Shown: piece by piece, positions 27,753 to 41,410 of the stretch
How positions within the stretch are numbered: position 1 is the first letter of the stretch
Layout of the letters: each line of letters begins with the position of its first letter
Assembly: GCA_002269645.1 (NCBI GenBank)
Contig: NIVC01000613.1
Span: forward strand, 84,834-148,833
Direction: 5' to 3'
Origin: Macrostomum lignano
Taxonomy: Eukaryota
DNA length: 64,000 bases
The notes under the pieces: generated by a model
What the model was told of the DNA's origin: nothing
The model's input: the letters and a program-made list of their open reading frames with translations, nothing else
Database searches by the model: none
Program-made: the position numbers and the translations under genes

Positions 27753-28955
27753 CTAACGCAGTCTCCGTCGCCATAGCAACAGCACAACCCAGACGGCTGC
27801 GGCGGCTGCGGCAAAAGCGGCAAAAGCGTCCCACAAATCTGAGATCCGTCCGCCTCGCCTTCGACCAGCAACTGCAGAGCTTTGCTCTCGCCGTACCGCC
27901 GTATCCGTGGCCGACAACAGTCGTTGAAGATCGGCATGAAGGCGAACTAAAGCCTGCGTCGGACGTCGCCGCCACGCCGTCGTGGGCCAGGGAGGTCGCA
28001 GATTTGTACTTTCTGCATCAACAGAATCATCTTTATTTACGTTTGTATCTTCAACTTGTGAATTGAATTGTAGAACATGGCGAATGCAATGACTTGTTTG
28101 TCCGTGATGGACTATTGAAGATTTATTGCTATTTGAGAAATGGTTTTTGCCATTCTCGATGCTTAAATCTTGGACCTCGTTGTTTACACTGCCTGGATTT
28201 TCTACCTCACCATCATTTTCATTCTCACCATCCGATTCATCGATCTCGCCATTCTCGCCATTCGAACCATCGACCTCGCCATTATCATCTTTGTCATTCT
28301 CGCCATCCGAACCATCGACCTCGCCATTATCATCTCTGCCATTCTCGCCATTCGAATCATCATAGACCTCGCCATTATCGTCTCTGCCATTCTCGCCATC
28401 CGAACCATCGACCTCGGCATTATCATTTCTGCCATTCTCGCCATCCGAACCATCGACCTCGCCATTATCATCTCTGCCGATGCCCCCATCTGCCAGTTGC
28501 TCCTCATCCGAGCCGATGGGCTCGTCAATCGGATAAGTCGGCACCGGCTTCCTGCCCTCCCAGCTGCATCCATTCACTCCGTCGTCATCTTCGTCAATTC
28601 CATCGGCGACCAACTCCAGAAAACGCGTCAACTCCGGCGACGAAGTGTCCGCTGAGTCCAGGGCCAGCTGGTGCAGCTCAGCAACGTAGGCTCGCATGGC
28701 CGCTAATCGAGGCATTTCGCCCAGAGCGGACCAGGCGGACCATTTGGCCCGGCCGATCGGATCTCCAGGTGGGGGTGCAGCTACTCGACACGGGCCGGCT
28801 GTGGCCTGTCGGTACAGCGAGTAGAAAGTCAACAGTCCCCGACGGTCGGTCAGCGGCATCGGGTGCGGCTGCATCGGCCCGGGGCTGTCGCCGTTTTGGC
28901 TGCTCAAACAGCCGACTGCGCGCACTGCAGCTTCGAATTGGAGTCGGATTGACAT
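27753..28955 (-). CDS. Acyl-CoA-binding domain protein, ACBD4/ACBD5-like, C-terminally anchored, intronless (400 aa)
   Basis: ACB motifs QFEAAV, FYSLYRQATAGPC, GRAKWSAW and AMRAYV are followed by acidic 15-aa repeats and a C-terminal hydrophobic segment plus basic tail (AFAAFAAAAAAVWVVLLLWRRRLR). The ATG is at 28955; the track start 28958 is a TTG. Confidence 0.88.
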   Translation of the reverse strand: MSIRLQFEAAVRAVGCLSSQNGDSPGPMQPHPMPLTDRRGLLTFYSLYRQATAGPCRVAAPPPGDPIGRAKWSAWSALGEMPRLAAMRAYVAELHQLALDSADTSSPELTRFLELVADGIDEDDDGVNGCSWEGRKPVPTYPIDEPIGSDEEQLADGGIGRDDNGEVDGSDGENGRNDNAEVDGSDGENGRDDNGEVYDDSNGENGRDDNGEVDGSDGENDKDDNGEVDGSNGENGEIDESDGENENDGEVENPGSVNNEVQDLSIENGKNHFSNSNKSSIVHHGQTSHCIRHVLQFNSQVEDTNVNKDDSVDAESTNLRPPWPTTAWRRRPTQALVRLHADLQRLLSATDTAVRREQSSAVAGRRRGGRISDLWDAFAAFAAAAAAVWVVLLLWRRRLR

Positions 28956-29054
28956 CAAATGCCAGCAGTGCTACTTGTAGTAGGAGAGAAACGGTCTGAT
29001 TAGTAGAATATACTTCAAGCCAATTTTTATACAATTTGAACTGTTCAGTATAGA

Positions 29055-30140
29055 GCACTGAGGGAGAGCGCAGAGGCAGATTCCCAACCACTGAGGGAGA
29101 ATGGAGAGGCAGATTCTCAGGCACTGAGGGGGGGGCAGATTCTCAGGCACTGAGGGAGAGCGGAGAGGCAGATTCCCAACCACTGAGGGAGAGCGAAGGC
29201 AGATTCTCAGGCACTGAGGGAGAGCGGAGAGGCAGATTCTCAGGCACTGAGGGAGAGCGGAGGCAGATTCTCAGGCACTGAGGGAGAGCGGAGAGGCAGA
29301 TTCTCAACCACTGAGGGAGAGCGAAGGCAGATTCTCAGGCACTGAGGGAGAGCGGAGAGGCAGATTCTCAGGCACTGAGGGAGAGCGGAGGCAGATTCTC
29401 AGGCACTGAGGGAGAGCGGAGAGGCAGATTCTCAGGCACTGAGGGAGAGCGGAGGCAGATTCTCAGGCACTGAGGGAGAGCGGAGAGGCAGATTCTCAAC
29501 CACTGAGGGAGAGCGAAGGCAGATTCTCAGGCACTGAGGGAGAGCGGAGAGGCAGATTCTCAACCACTGAGGGAGAGCGAAGGCAGATTCTCAGGCACTG
29601 AGGGAGAGCGGAGGCAGATTCTCAGGCACTGAGGGAGAGCGGAGAGGCAGATTCTCAGGCACTGAGGGAGAGCGGAGAGGCAGATTCTCAACCACTGAGG
29701 GAGAGCGAAGGCAGATTCTCAGGCACTGAGGGAGAGCGGAGAGGCAGATTCTCAGGCACTGAGGGAGAGCGGAGAGGCAGATTCTCAGGCTCTGAGGGAG
29801 AGCGGAGAGGCAGATTTTCAGGCACTGAGGGAGAGCGGAGAGGCAGATTCTCAGGCACTGAGGGAGAGCGGAGAGGCAGATTCTCAGGCACTGAGGGAGA
29901 GCGGAGAGGCAGATTCCCAACCACTGAGGGAGAGCGAAGGCAGATTCTCAGGCACTGAGGGAGAGCGAAGGCAGATTCTCAGGCACTGAGGGAGAGCGGA
30001 GAGGCAGATTCTCAGGCTCTGAGGGAGAGCGGAGAGGCAGATTCTCAGGCTCTGAGGGAGAGCGGAGAGGCAGATTCTCAGGCACTGAGGGAGAGCGGAG
30101 AGGCAGATTCTCAGGCACTGAGGGAGAGCGGAGAGGCAGA
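29055..30140. repeat. 33-bp minisatellite (GGCAGATTCTCAGGCACTGAGGGAGAGCGGAGA)n
   Basis: Direct inspection. Confidence 0.95.
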
Positions 30141-30514
30141 CTAACTAAAACTTGTTAGGTAATGACAAATGAAGGACACAAACAAATACTAAGTATTTAA
30201 CGGAAGAACAGAGAATCGAAAAAATGGTAAAAAAGCATTTTTATTTTGCACAGAGCGGGAAGTGGTGAAGGCGGTTAAAAATGCTAAGCACGCTAAAGTT
30301 GGTAGTAATAAAAGCGAGTTAACAATCCTTTAGCACTTTATGAGCAGTTACGTTTCCAAAAAAGGTAAAAAATATTGACTTTAAAAACCTTCGTGAATAA
30401 GATTGCACGTACAAAAGCTTTGATAATTAGTCATGGACAACTGGAATAGAAGGACACTACACTCGAATTTCATCCAAATCAGCTGAAGGTTGGTGAGGAA
30501 CGGAGGGAGCCAGA

Positions 30515-30874
<360 letters not shown>

Positions 30875-31354
30875 TTTCTCGACAGGATTTGTCAATGGCA
30901 AAACCCCATTCCCCTCTTCCAAGAAAATCGAGTGTACCGTCCTTGTACCTCAGTTGCATGTCCATGACTTATTGGTTTGATAACAATAACAAAAAATGCT
31001 GCAACACACTGTTGCTATAGCAACACACAATAAGTTTTATGTTTAAATCACGTCTGTCAACAAATATATAGACCCTGTTGGGTAAAAAAAGAATTCCGGA
31101 AGCGTTGAAATACTAACCAGTAGTAAACCAGGTTACAAACTGCAAAGCCTTAATTTTTTGAGTCCAGATTAGCAAAATTATTTATACTGGATACAATTAA
31201 TCAATACATGTGCTTGAGAGGTAAAAGTTTTTGTTGATAAACGCGATCGGGCAAGCAAAAGCAACAGAGTTACTGGGTTTATTTGAGTTGCAAGAAGTTG
31301 AGTTATTTCTGTGCTAATAAGAACTGGATAAAGATGATGGAGAAACACGCACGT

Positions 31355-32340
<986 letters not shown>

Positions 32341-32399
32341 AGAATGAGCAGAACAAGCAGTGAAGCAGTCAGCTGCACGCCAGCTAGCGGCCGCACTCG

Positions 32400-35300
32400 C
32401 TACTGAGGCTGACCATAATTGCTGCTGTTGGAACTCTGCAGCGCAGGATGAAACAATGAAATCGACTGCCGCTGCTGACCACAACTAACAACATCACTAT
32501 TAGCAGTAGTAGCCGCAGAACTTCGTTGGCATAATACGATTGAGCTGACATTCGATCCTGAGTGTGACCTGGAATTCGGGAGACAAGCGGGCGGTGGCGG
32601 CGGCAGCCGAGGCAGCGCCAGAGAGGCGGAAGGCAACAGCAGCTGGCCATCCTGGCTGGGCGCTGCATTAACAATAAGAAATCCAGACGCTATGGACAGA
32701 GCCGGTAGACAGGAACTGCCGGCACTTTGCTCACGACTCCGATGATTCGGTAATTGAAGGAACTCGCAAACGGCGGGACTGCTGCTACAGTGGATAAAGG
32801 CGGCTAGCAGCGAGGGAACTGACCGATGCTGCCGAATACGAAAGCGGCACTGCAGCAGCGATGGCTCGCAGCAGAGCAGAGAGTGCCTGGCGCACTCAGT
32901 CGGAGTAGGGAACGACTTGCGGCAGAGCAGGCAGGCCACCGGATCGGCAGCTTCACCGGGTCTGTTGCTATGCAACCTGGCTGGCAAGCGCATTGGCAAC
33001 ACAATAACTGCGGCACTGTCCGGTACAATGTCCGTAGCTGCTGGACACCGGCAGGGCTGACGCTGCCCAGCTGGCATCAGGGCGTCGCTGGCCGGAACCA
33101 AGCTAGCGCAGACGCCGCAGGCCAGGAACAGAGCACAGGATAGCAGATTGCCCTCGCCAATATTGAACCCGCCTGAGCAGCACAGATCGCCGCGGCCTCC
33201 GGCCAACTGATTAAACGGTCGTTCGTAGATTTTCCTGACTGACAGCAACGGCGAACTGATGGACAGCTCGGAGTCTAATGGCGGCGAGATCAATGGGAAT
33301 CGGTCCGCTAAGCAGAGCCTGTGCAGCCAGCAGAGGGACTCGGTGTTCACAACTTGCAGTACGGGTTTTGAGAAGTTGGTCTGACTGCGATCATGGCTAA
33401 TGAAATAGCACAGGTCAAAGCTGGAGGAGGGAACCAGCGGGTGGCACTGGTCGCGACCTGCGCAGTGCAGCAGTAGGAAGTCGATTACGCGCGAGGCCGG
33501 CGCCGCAGGCGGCAGCGAGACCGACAGCTTGCACCTGGACAGGACGGCCGTTGGGGCTGGCGTTAATAAACAGACAACAGCAAAAATCCCCAATCAGACC
33601 AAAGAAAAATCATCGCCCCGCCACATCAGACCCGAGAAAAATCATCGCCCCCCCCACATCAGACCCGAGAAAAATTATCGCCCCCCCCCCACATCAGACC
33701 CGAGAAAAATTATCGCCCCCCACATCAGACCCGAGAAAAATTATCGCCCCCCCCACATCAGATCCTAGAAAAATCGCCCCCGTACATCAGACCCTAGAAA
33801 AATCGCCCCCGTACATCAGATCCTAGAAAAATCGCCCCCGTACATCAGACCCTGGAAAAATCGCCCCGGTACAACAGACCCGAGAAAAATCGCCCCCCCA
33901 CATCAGACCCGAGAAAAATCGCCACCTCCAAATCAGACCCGAGAAAAATCGCCCCCCCACATCAGACCCGAGAAAAATCGCCCCCTCCAAATCAGACCCG
34001 AGAAAAATCGCCCCTCCCCACATCAGACCCGAGAAAAATCGCCCCCCCCCACATCAGACCCGAGAAAAATCGCCCCCCCCCACATCAGACCCGAGAAAAA
34101 TCGCCCAGACTCGCCCACCACTCTAATTTCCATACTACCTGACGCATTGCAGGCCGATCCAGACCATATTGGTGACATTGGGCACGGGCAGACAGTAGTG
34201 TCCAGGCCGATCCAAGCCGCAATGCCTGGCTGCTGATTCAGCCCCGTTTGCATGCACGCCGTCTCTGAAGCTGCAGTGCAGGCAGGCGAAGCTCACCCCA
34301 TTGTTGCCCGAGTAATTGGCCGGTATCTGGCAGTGAAGCAGTCGCTGGGTAAATGCACAAATTCGGTTTTTGTCGGCGTTAGCAGCTTCCAACATGGCCA
34401 CGCCTTCGTCGTCCATCTGGGTGTTGGCCTGCAACTGCAGCAGCAGGGAGTGGGGATTTAAATATACATGTAGTTGTTATGCATGTGGCTGAGGGATATT
34501 GGGGATTAGTAGCTATGGGATATTAGGGATTAGTAGCTATGAGATATGGGGGGATTAGTAGCTATGGGATATTAGGGATTAGTAGCTATGGGATTTTTGG
34601 GATAAATACCTATGGTATATTGGGGATTAATAGCTATGGGGTATTTGGATTAGTAGCTATGGGGTATTTGGATTAGTAGCTATGGGATATTGATGATTAG
34701 TAGCTATGGGATATGGGGGATTAGTAGCTATGGGATATTGGGGATTAGTAGCTATGGGATATTGGGGATTAGTAGCTATGGGATATTAGGGATTAGTAGC
34801 TATGGGATTTTTGGGATAAATACCTATGGTATATTGGGGATTAGTAGCTATGGGGTATTTGGATTAGTAGCTATGGGATATTGATGATTAGTAGCTATGG
34901 GATATGGGGGGATTAGTACTATGGGATATTGGGGATTAGTAGCTATGGGATATTGGGGATTAGTAGCTATGGGATATTAGGGATTAGTAGCTATGGGATA
35001 TTTGGGATTAATACTTATGGTATATTAGGGATTAGTAGCTATGGGGTATTTGGATTAGTAGCTATGGGGTATTTGGATTAGTAGCTATGGGATATTAGGG
35101 ATAAATACCTATGGTATATTGGGGATTAGTAGCTATGGGATATTGATGATTAGTAGCCATGGGATATTGGGGATTATTAGCTATGGGATATTTGGGATTA
35201 GTAGCTATGGGATATTTGGGATTAGTAGCTATGGGATATTTGGGATTAATACTTATGGTATATTAGGGATTAGTAGCTATGGGGTATTTGGATTAGTAGC

Positions 35301-38300
35301 TATGGGGTATTTGGATTAGTAGCTATGGGATATTAGGGATAAATACCTATGGTATATTGGGGATTAGTAGCTATGGGATATTGATGATTAGTAGCCATGG
35401 GATATTGGGGATTATTAGCTATGTGATATTTGGGATTAGTAGCTATGGGATATTGAGGATTTGCAGAGTCCCATAAGATATTGGGGATTCGCAGCTAGAA
35501 AAATGGGGATTTAAATAACTGTGAATCAAAACGGCAACTTACACCAATGCAGCCTAGATCGTCAGCGGACGAATCGCAATCCATGGGCATGGTTGTCTCG
35601 GATTTCATTGACGTGTTAAGAACTAAATCTTCGCGAGATTCGGTTTCGGCAACTTCCGCCTCCGCATCCGGTTGGATATTGTCAGTCTCATCCGCATTGT
35701 TATTAAGCTCGGTCTCTAAGACGGAAAAACCATCCACGTCGATACAGATGGTGTCGCAAGTGGCCTCTAATCTAGCCTTATCGTCGACTTCATACTCGTT
35801 CACAGCTTCGCAATTATTATTCCTGTCATTATTGTCATCATTATCAATATCCTGTTGCGGTATCGATCTAGGAAAGGGCAAGTAACGGACCGTCACAGTG
35901 CTCGCCGCACCCTCTCTTCTAGGTCCATAGGCCTGAGGAAAGGTGGGCATGGGCAAGATATTTAGAGATCTGAGAGATAATAAAATGGATTGCTAATCTT
36001 AGCTTATGATGGATTGCTAATCTAGCTTATGATGGATTGCTAATCTTAGCTTATGATGGTTTGCTAATCTAGCTTATGATGGATTGCTAATCTAGCTTAT
36101 TATGGATTGCTAATCTAGCTTATTATGGATTGCTAATCTAGCTTATTATGGATTGCTAATCTAGCTTATGATGGATTGCTAATCTAGCTTATTATGGATT
36201 GCTAATCTAGCTTATTATGGATTGCTAATCTAGCTTATTATGGATTGCTAATCTAGCTTATGATGGATTGCTAATCTAGCTTATGATGGATTGCTAATCT
36301 AGCTTATGATGGATTGCTAATCTTAGCTTATGATGGATTGCTAATCTAGCTTATGATGGATTGCTAATCTAGCTTATGATGGTTTGCTAATCTAGCTTAT
36401 GATGGATTGCTAATCTTAGCTTATTATGGATTGCTAATCTAGCTTATGATGGATTGCTAATCTAGCTTATGATGGATTGCTAATCTAGCTTATGATGGAT
36501 TGCTAATCTAGCTTATGATGGATTGCTAATCTAGCTTATGATGGATTGCTAATCTTAGCTTATGATGGATTGCTAATCTAGCTTATGATGGATTGCTAAT
36601 CTAGCTTATGATGGTTTGCTAATCTAGCTTATGATGGATTGCTAATCTTAGCTTATTATGGATTGCTAATCTAGCTTATGATGGATTGCTAATCTAGCTT
36701 ATGATGGATTGCTAATCTAGCTTATGATGGATTGCTAATCTAGCTTATGATGGATTGCTAATCTAGCTTATGATGGATTGCTAATCTTAGCTTATGATGG
36801 TTTGCTAATCTAGCTTATTATGGATTGCTAATCTAGCTTATGATGGATTGCTAATCTAGCTTATGATGGATTGCTAATCTAGCTTAATCTAGTCATTTTC
36901 GACAGTCATCTGTGAAAATATTTCATTATTGCAACATCGATTCCAAATACTCTAAGTACATACAAGTACATACAATTACATACAAGTACAGTTCAGGCTC
37001 TTATTACCTCAGTTAGACAATCTTCAAACTTAATTCTGCTAAGCGCCGCGAACTGTTCCTGAGCCTCCATGAACGTGAAGGCAAGCTTGTCCATGGTGGC
37101 CTTCAATCCTAAACAGGGAAACTCCGCCGCGACCATATTCTGAACAAAGGTACGGCCCAACTCTCTGTAACAAGTTTCCTCATCGTCACTGTTTGTTGGT
37201 GTACTAGCGCCACTATCTTCAGAGTGCTCTGATGCTGATTTGGTCAATTTGGAGATAATGTCGGAGAGTTTCAGCAGAGCACTAGGCTCCTCGGTTGCTG
37301 GCGAGGCAAGACAGGTCACAATGGAAGAAGAATCATCAACGTCGTGATTGATCTCAATAGAGTTTGTCTCAGCCACAGGCAAACTGGATTCACTTGAACC
37401 TAAGATTTTTTTGTTTCAATCTTGCAAACAGAGGCAGACTAGAATAGGCGACGGATTTGTCATTGGACAAATTCGGTAAGCAAGGCTTGGTTGACATTGC
37501 CTGGCCCTGGCTGATATGCTCCTCATGTTCTTCGTCCGCATTCTGCTCCTCATGTTCTTCGTCCGCATTCTGCTCCTCATGTTCTTCGTCCGCATTCTGC
37601 TCCTCATGTTCTTCGTCCGCATTCTGCTCCTCATGTTCTTCGTCCGCATTCTGCTCCTCATGTTCTTCGTCCGCATTCTGCTCCTGGTGTTCTTCGTCTG
37701 AGTTCTGCTCCTGATGTTCTTCGTCCGCATTCTGCTCCTGGTGTTCTTCATCTGCATTCTGCTCCTGATGTTCTTCGTCCGCATTCTGGTCCTGGTGTTC
37801 TTCGTCTGCATTCTGCTCCTGATGTTCTTCGCCTGCATTCTGCTCCTGGTGTTCTTCGTCCGCATTCTGCTCCTGATGTTCTTCGTCCGCATTCTGCTCC
37901 TGATGTTCTTCGCCTGCATTCTGCTCCTGGTGTTCTTCGTCCGCATTCTGCTCCTGATGTTCTTCGTCCGCATTCTGCTCCTGGTGTTCTTCGTCTGAAT
38001 TCTGCTCCTGATGTTCTTCGCCTGCATTCTGCTCCTGGTGTTCTTCGTCTGAATTCTGCTCCTGATGTTCTTCGCCTGCATTCTGCTCCTGGTGTTCTTC
38101 GTCCGCATTCTGCTCCTGATGTTCTTCGTCCGCATTCTGCTCCTGATGTTCTTCGTCCGCATTCTGCTCCTGATGTTGTTCATTCCAACTTTGCATTTCA
38201 TGCAGTTCAACCGAATTCCGATTTTGTTCCCCATCCGAATTCTGTATCAGCTGCGCAGCATCTGAATTTAGCATCATAAAATCGCTACTGAAGCTCCGTC

Positions 38301-38940
38301 GATCATCTGCCCGATTTTGATAGCTGACACTATCACTTTGCTGCTGTGCAGGCTTGTCCTGAGGCAAATCCGGTAACAATTCAACAACATTAAACTGTGC
38401 TTTAAAAGGGGCGAGAGTCTTCTGCTGTCTGTTTTTGCGTCGTTTCGACCGAGGCTTCCTGTAAATAATTTATGAGGTGGAATATCGTTATATCAAGCTG
38501 TATTCTTTACATATCAATGAGAAATTCTTATAGAAATCTAAAAATACATGTAGGTCACTCATGTGCTGAATCATTGGTCTACGAGCTATATGACTGAACA
38601 AAGAAAACAATTGAATTTTTACTAACTCGATGCTTGACGCCTCCAGAACCTGACGTTTCAATGGCGTCAAAGCCGTCAGAGCAGCTGCTGAATCAGCAGC
38701 CGGTCGCTTCCTGGCCGCCTGATGACCATCGCAACTTGGAGGAGTTCCACTGTCGAGTATTTTCAGCTTCACACAGGACGGGTAAATGTAGACAAATCCC
38801 GGCCTCTCTCTGGCCGGCGGGCGCGAAAGTATTCGCCAATTGATCGATTGTTTCAAAGCATTTGTAATGGCAAGTTTGGCCAAATATTTCGACGCGCGAT
38901 TGCATCGCTGCGTCCTGGAGCTGACTGAGACGTTTTCCAT
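32400..38940 (-). CDS. Uncharacterised ~1190-aa protein: basic N-terminus, (EHQEQNADE)x~24, acidic linker, Cys/His-rich C-terminus with atypical zinc-finger-like motifs
   Basis: Proposed exons are 38940-38627 (donor GTTAGT, phase 2), 38458-37008 (TTTACAG; donor GTAATA; needs one base removed from the A7 run at ~37405), 35932-35543 (CCTTTCCTCAG; GTAAGT), 34434-34139 and 33534-32400. Phases are consistent, and the last junction rebuilds a C-x2-C motif (LQCVR|CK). No family was recognised. Confidence 0.6.
33598..34108. repeat. ~29-31-bp minisatellite (CATCAGACCCGAGAAAAATCGCCCCCCCA)n, intronic
   Basis: Direct inspection. Confidence 0.93.
34492..35460. repeat. ~24-bp minisatellite (GGGGATTAGTAGCTATGGGATATT)n, intronic
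   Basis: Period 24 at 34741/34765. Confidence 0.93.
35988..36890. repeat. 23-bp minisatellite (GGATTGCTAATCTAGCTTATGAT)n, intronic
   Basis: Direct inspection. Confidence 0.95.
37515..38175 (-). repeat. 27-bp coding tandem repeat encoding EHQEQNADE
   Basis: In frame within ORF 37390-38379. Confidence 0.9.
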
Positions 38941-39214
38941 CCACTTTTATTGTATTTTTCTTATAAAATTACGAAGCTAGAGTAGTTTTATTGACGATGT
39001 TGGATGCTGGCAGTAGGCACGCTAAAAGCGGCACAATCTGTGAGTAAGCATATCTTCAGAACTGGACAGTGTGTGATACAAACTTGCATAAATTTTTAGA
39101 TTGAAAGTTAAATAGCTGTTAGAAACCTCAGAATCGCAGTGCTATTTGGCATTCTGGACCTAAACTCAACATGCCATTGCGTCAAATTGAAGCCAAAACT
39201 ATAATAGGTGTAGC

Positions 39215-39712
39215 TAAAATTACAGTAGTAGCTATAGCTAAATCTGCAGTAGCTATAACTAAATCTACAGTAGCTATAGCTAAATCTACAGTAGCTATAG
39301 CTAAATCTGCAGTAGCAATACCCAAATCTGCAGTAGCAATACCCACATCTACCGTAGCTATAGCCAAATCTACAGTAGCTATACCCAAATCTACAGTAGC
39401 TATACCCAAATCTACAGTAGCTATACCCAAATCTACAGTAGCTATACCCAAATCTACAGTAGCAATACCCAAATCTACAGTAGCAATACCCAAATCTACA
39501 GTAGCTATACCCAAATCTACAGTAGCAATACCCAAATCTACAGTAGCTATAGCCAAATCTACAGTAGCTATAGCCAAATCTGCAGTAGCAATACCCAAAT
39601 CTACAGTAGCTATAGCCAAATCTACAGTAGCTATAGCCAAATCTACAGTAGCTATAGCCAAATCTACAGTAGCTATAGCCAAATCTACAGTAGCAATACC
39701 CAAATCTACGAG
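39215..39712. repeat. 21-bp minisatellite (GTAGCTATAGCCAAATCTACA)n
   Basis: Direct inspection. Confidence 0.95.
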
Positions 39713-40321
39713 TACAATAGCTATAAGCAAATCTGCATTCAAGCAGCAACAAAGATGAAGCATTGCATGCTGGCAAATTGCGTTGTTGGACAGTTTACAT
39801 GGCTAAATAAAATCAATATCAAAACAATCAACACTACAAGACAAACAGTAAAACAAACACAAATTCTACAATGCCACTAATGTAATTTCAAAATACAGAG
39901 AAAAAATAATTTGAACAAAAGTTAAAGTGGAACGATAAGCAAGAAAAATATACGTGCTGAGCACTCTAACAGTAGTAATAAGATGAGTAGCAAACAACTT
40001 GAAGGCCTTGGCAACAACAACAACAATTAATACACTGGTCTATCATTCCAGTAAATAAAAATGCTTCATTGAAACAGAAAATGCTGCAAATCAGTCATTG
40101 GTCTCATTGTATTGGCTTCCGTATGCATGATATGCATGATAAGTCAAGAAAGAAAATCAAGAGAGACTCAAGAGAGAAGCAACAATGCAAATTTGCTAAA
40201 CCATTGCCAGCGACTTAAAAATGCTTGGCGCACAGTCAGGACCAAGGCCAGCGAAGTCACCTCTGCCATCAGAGAGCGGAGTTGAATATCTGCGACACAA
40301 ATTGCTGCTCAGAGTGACTTT

Positions 40322-41410
40322 TCAGACTGTTGCTGCAGTAACCATGCACTCAAATGGCTTTTCTCCTGTGTGCAGCACTGAGTGCGTAGTCAGGTGAACT
40401 TTCTGGTTGAATCTCTTGCCGCACACCTTGCACTCAAATGGCTTTTCTCCTGTGTGCAGCACTGAGTGCGTAGTCAGGTGAACTTTCTGGTTGAATCTCT
40501 TGCCGCACACCTTGCACTCAAATGACTTTTATCCTGTGTGCAGCACTGAGTGCGTAGTCAGGTGAACTTTCTGGTTGAATCTCTTGCCGCACACCTTGCA
40601 CTCAAATGACTTTTCTCCTGTGTGCAGCTTTGAGTGAGAAGAGAGGCTGCTGCTGAAACCGAATCTCTTGCCGCACACCTTGCACTCAAATGGCTTTTCT
40701 TCTGTGTGCAGCACTGAGTGCGTAGTCAGGTGAACTTTCTGGTTGAATCTCTTGCCGCATACCTTGCACTCAAATGGCTTTTCTCCTGTGTGCAGCACTG
40801 AGTGCCTAATAAGGTTGGCGATCTGGTTGAACCGCTTGCCACACAAATTGCACTCAAATGGCTTTTCTCCTGTGTGCAGCACTGAGTGCCTAATGAGGTT
40901 AACGATCTGGTTGAACCGCTTGCCACACAAATTGCACTCAAATGACTTTTCTCCTGTGTGCAGCTTTGAGTGAGAAGAGAGGTTGCTGCTGAAACCGAAT
41001 CTCTTGCCGCACACCTTGCACTTGTGCGGTTTCGCCTTCTTGTGCACTGCACTAATGTGAGCTTTGAGGTGGCTTTTACTGGTGAACTTCTGGCAAGTGC
41101 CGCACTGGAACAGCCTCTGAACACTTTGAGTTCCATGGTGCCGTGTTGCAGCACTCTTTGAAGCTCGGGTGTTCTTGACTGTCTCGCACTCGTGACGCTT
41201 CATCGGCTGCATCGCTGACTCATTGCGAGACTCGACCTGCTCGACCGCCGACGCTCTGACAGCTTCTGAGTTGGTCGCAGCCGCCTCCTCTGGCTCCGAG
41301 TCGCAGCCCATTCCGTGTGACCGCACATGACGCAAGTACTGCGCCGCTGCCGATCGGGTGCGGCAGAACCGCCTGGGACAAAAGGGGCAGGCGACAGAGC
41401 CCCGGCGCAT
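40322..41410 (-). CDS. C2H2 zinc-finger gene ZF1: N-terminal finger + 7 array fingers, in-frame TAA at 40529-40531, then 2 more fingers
   Basis: Starts [11 protein letters not shown]...HVRSH and has TGEKPF-linked fingers. GGA TAA AAG replaces GGA GAA AAG. Confidence 0.9.
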
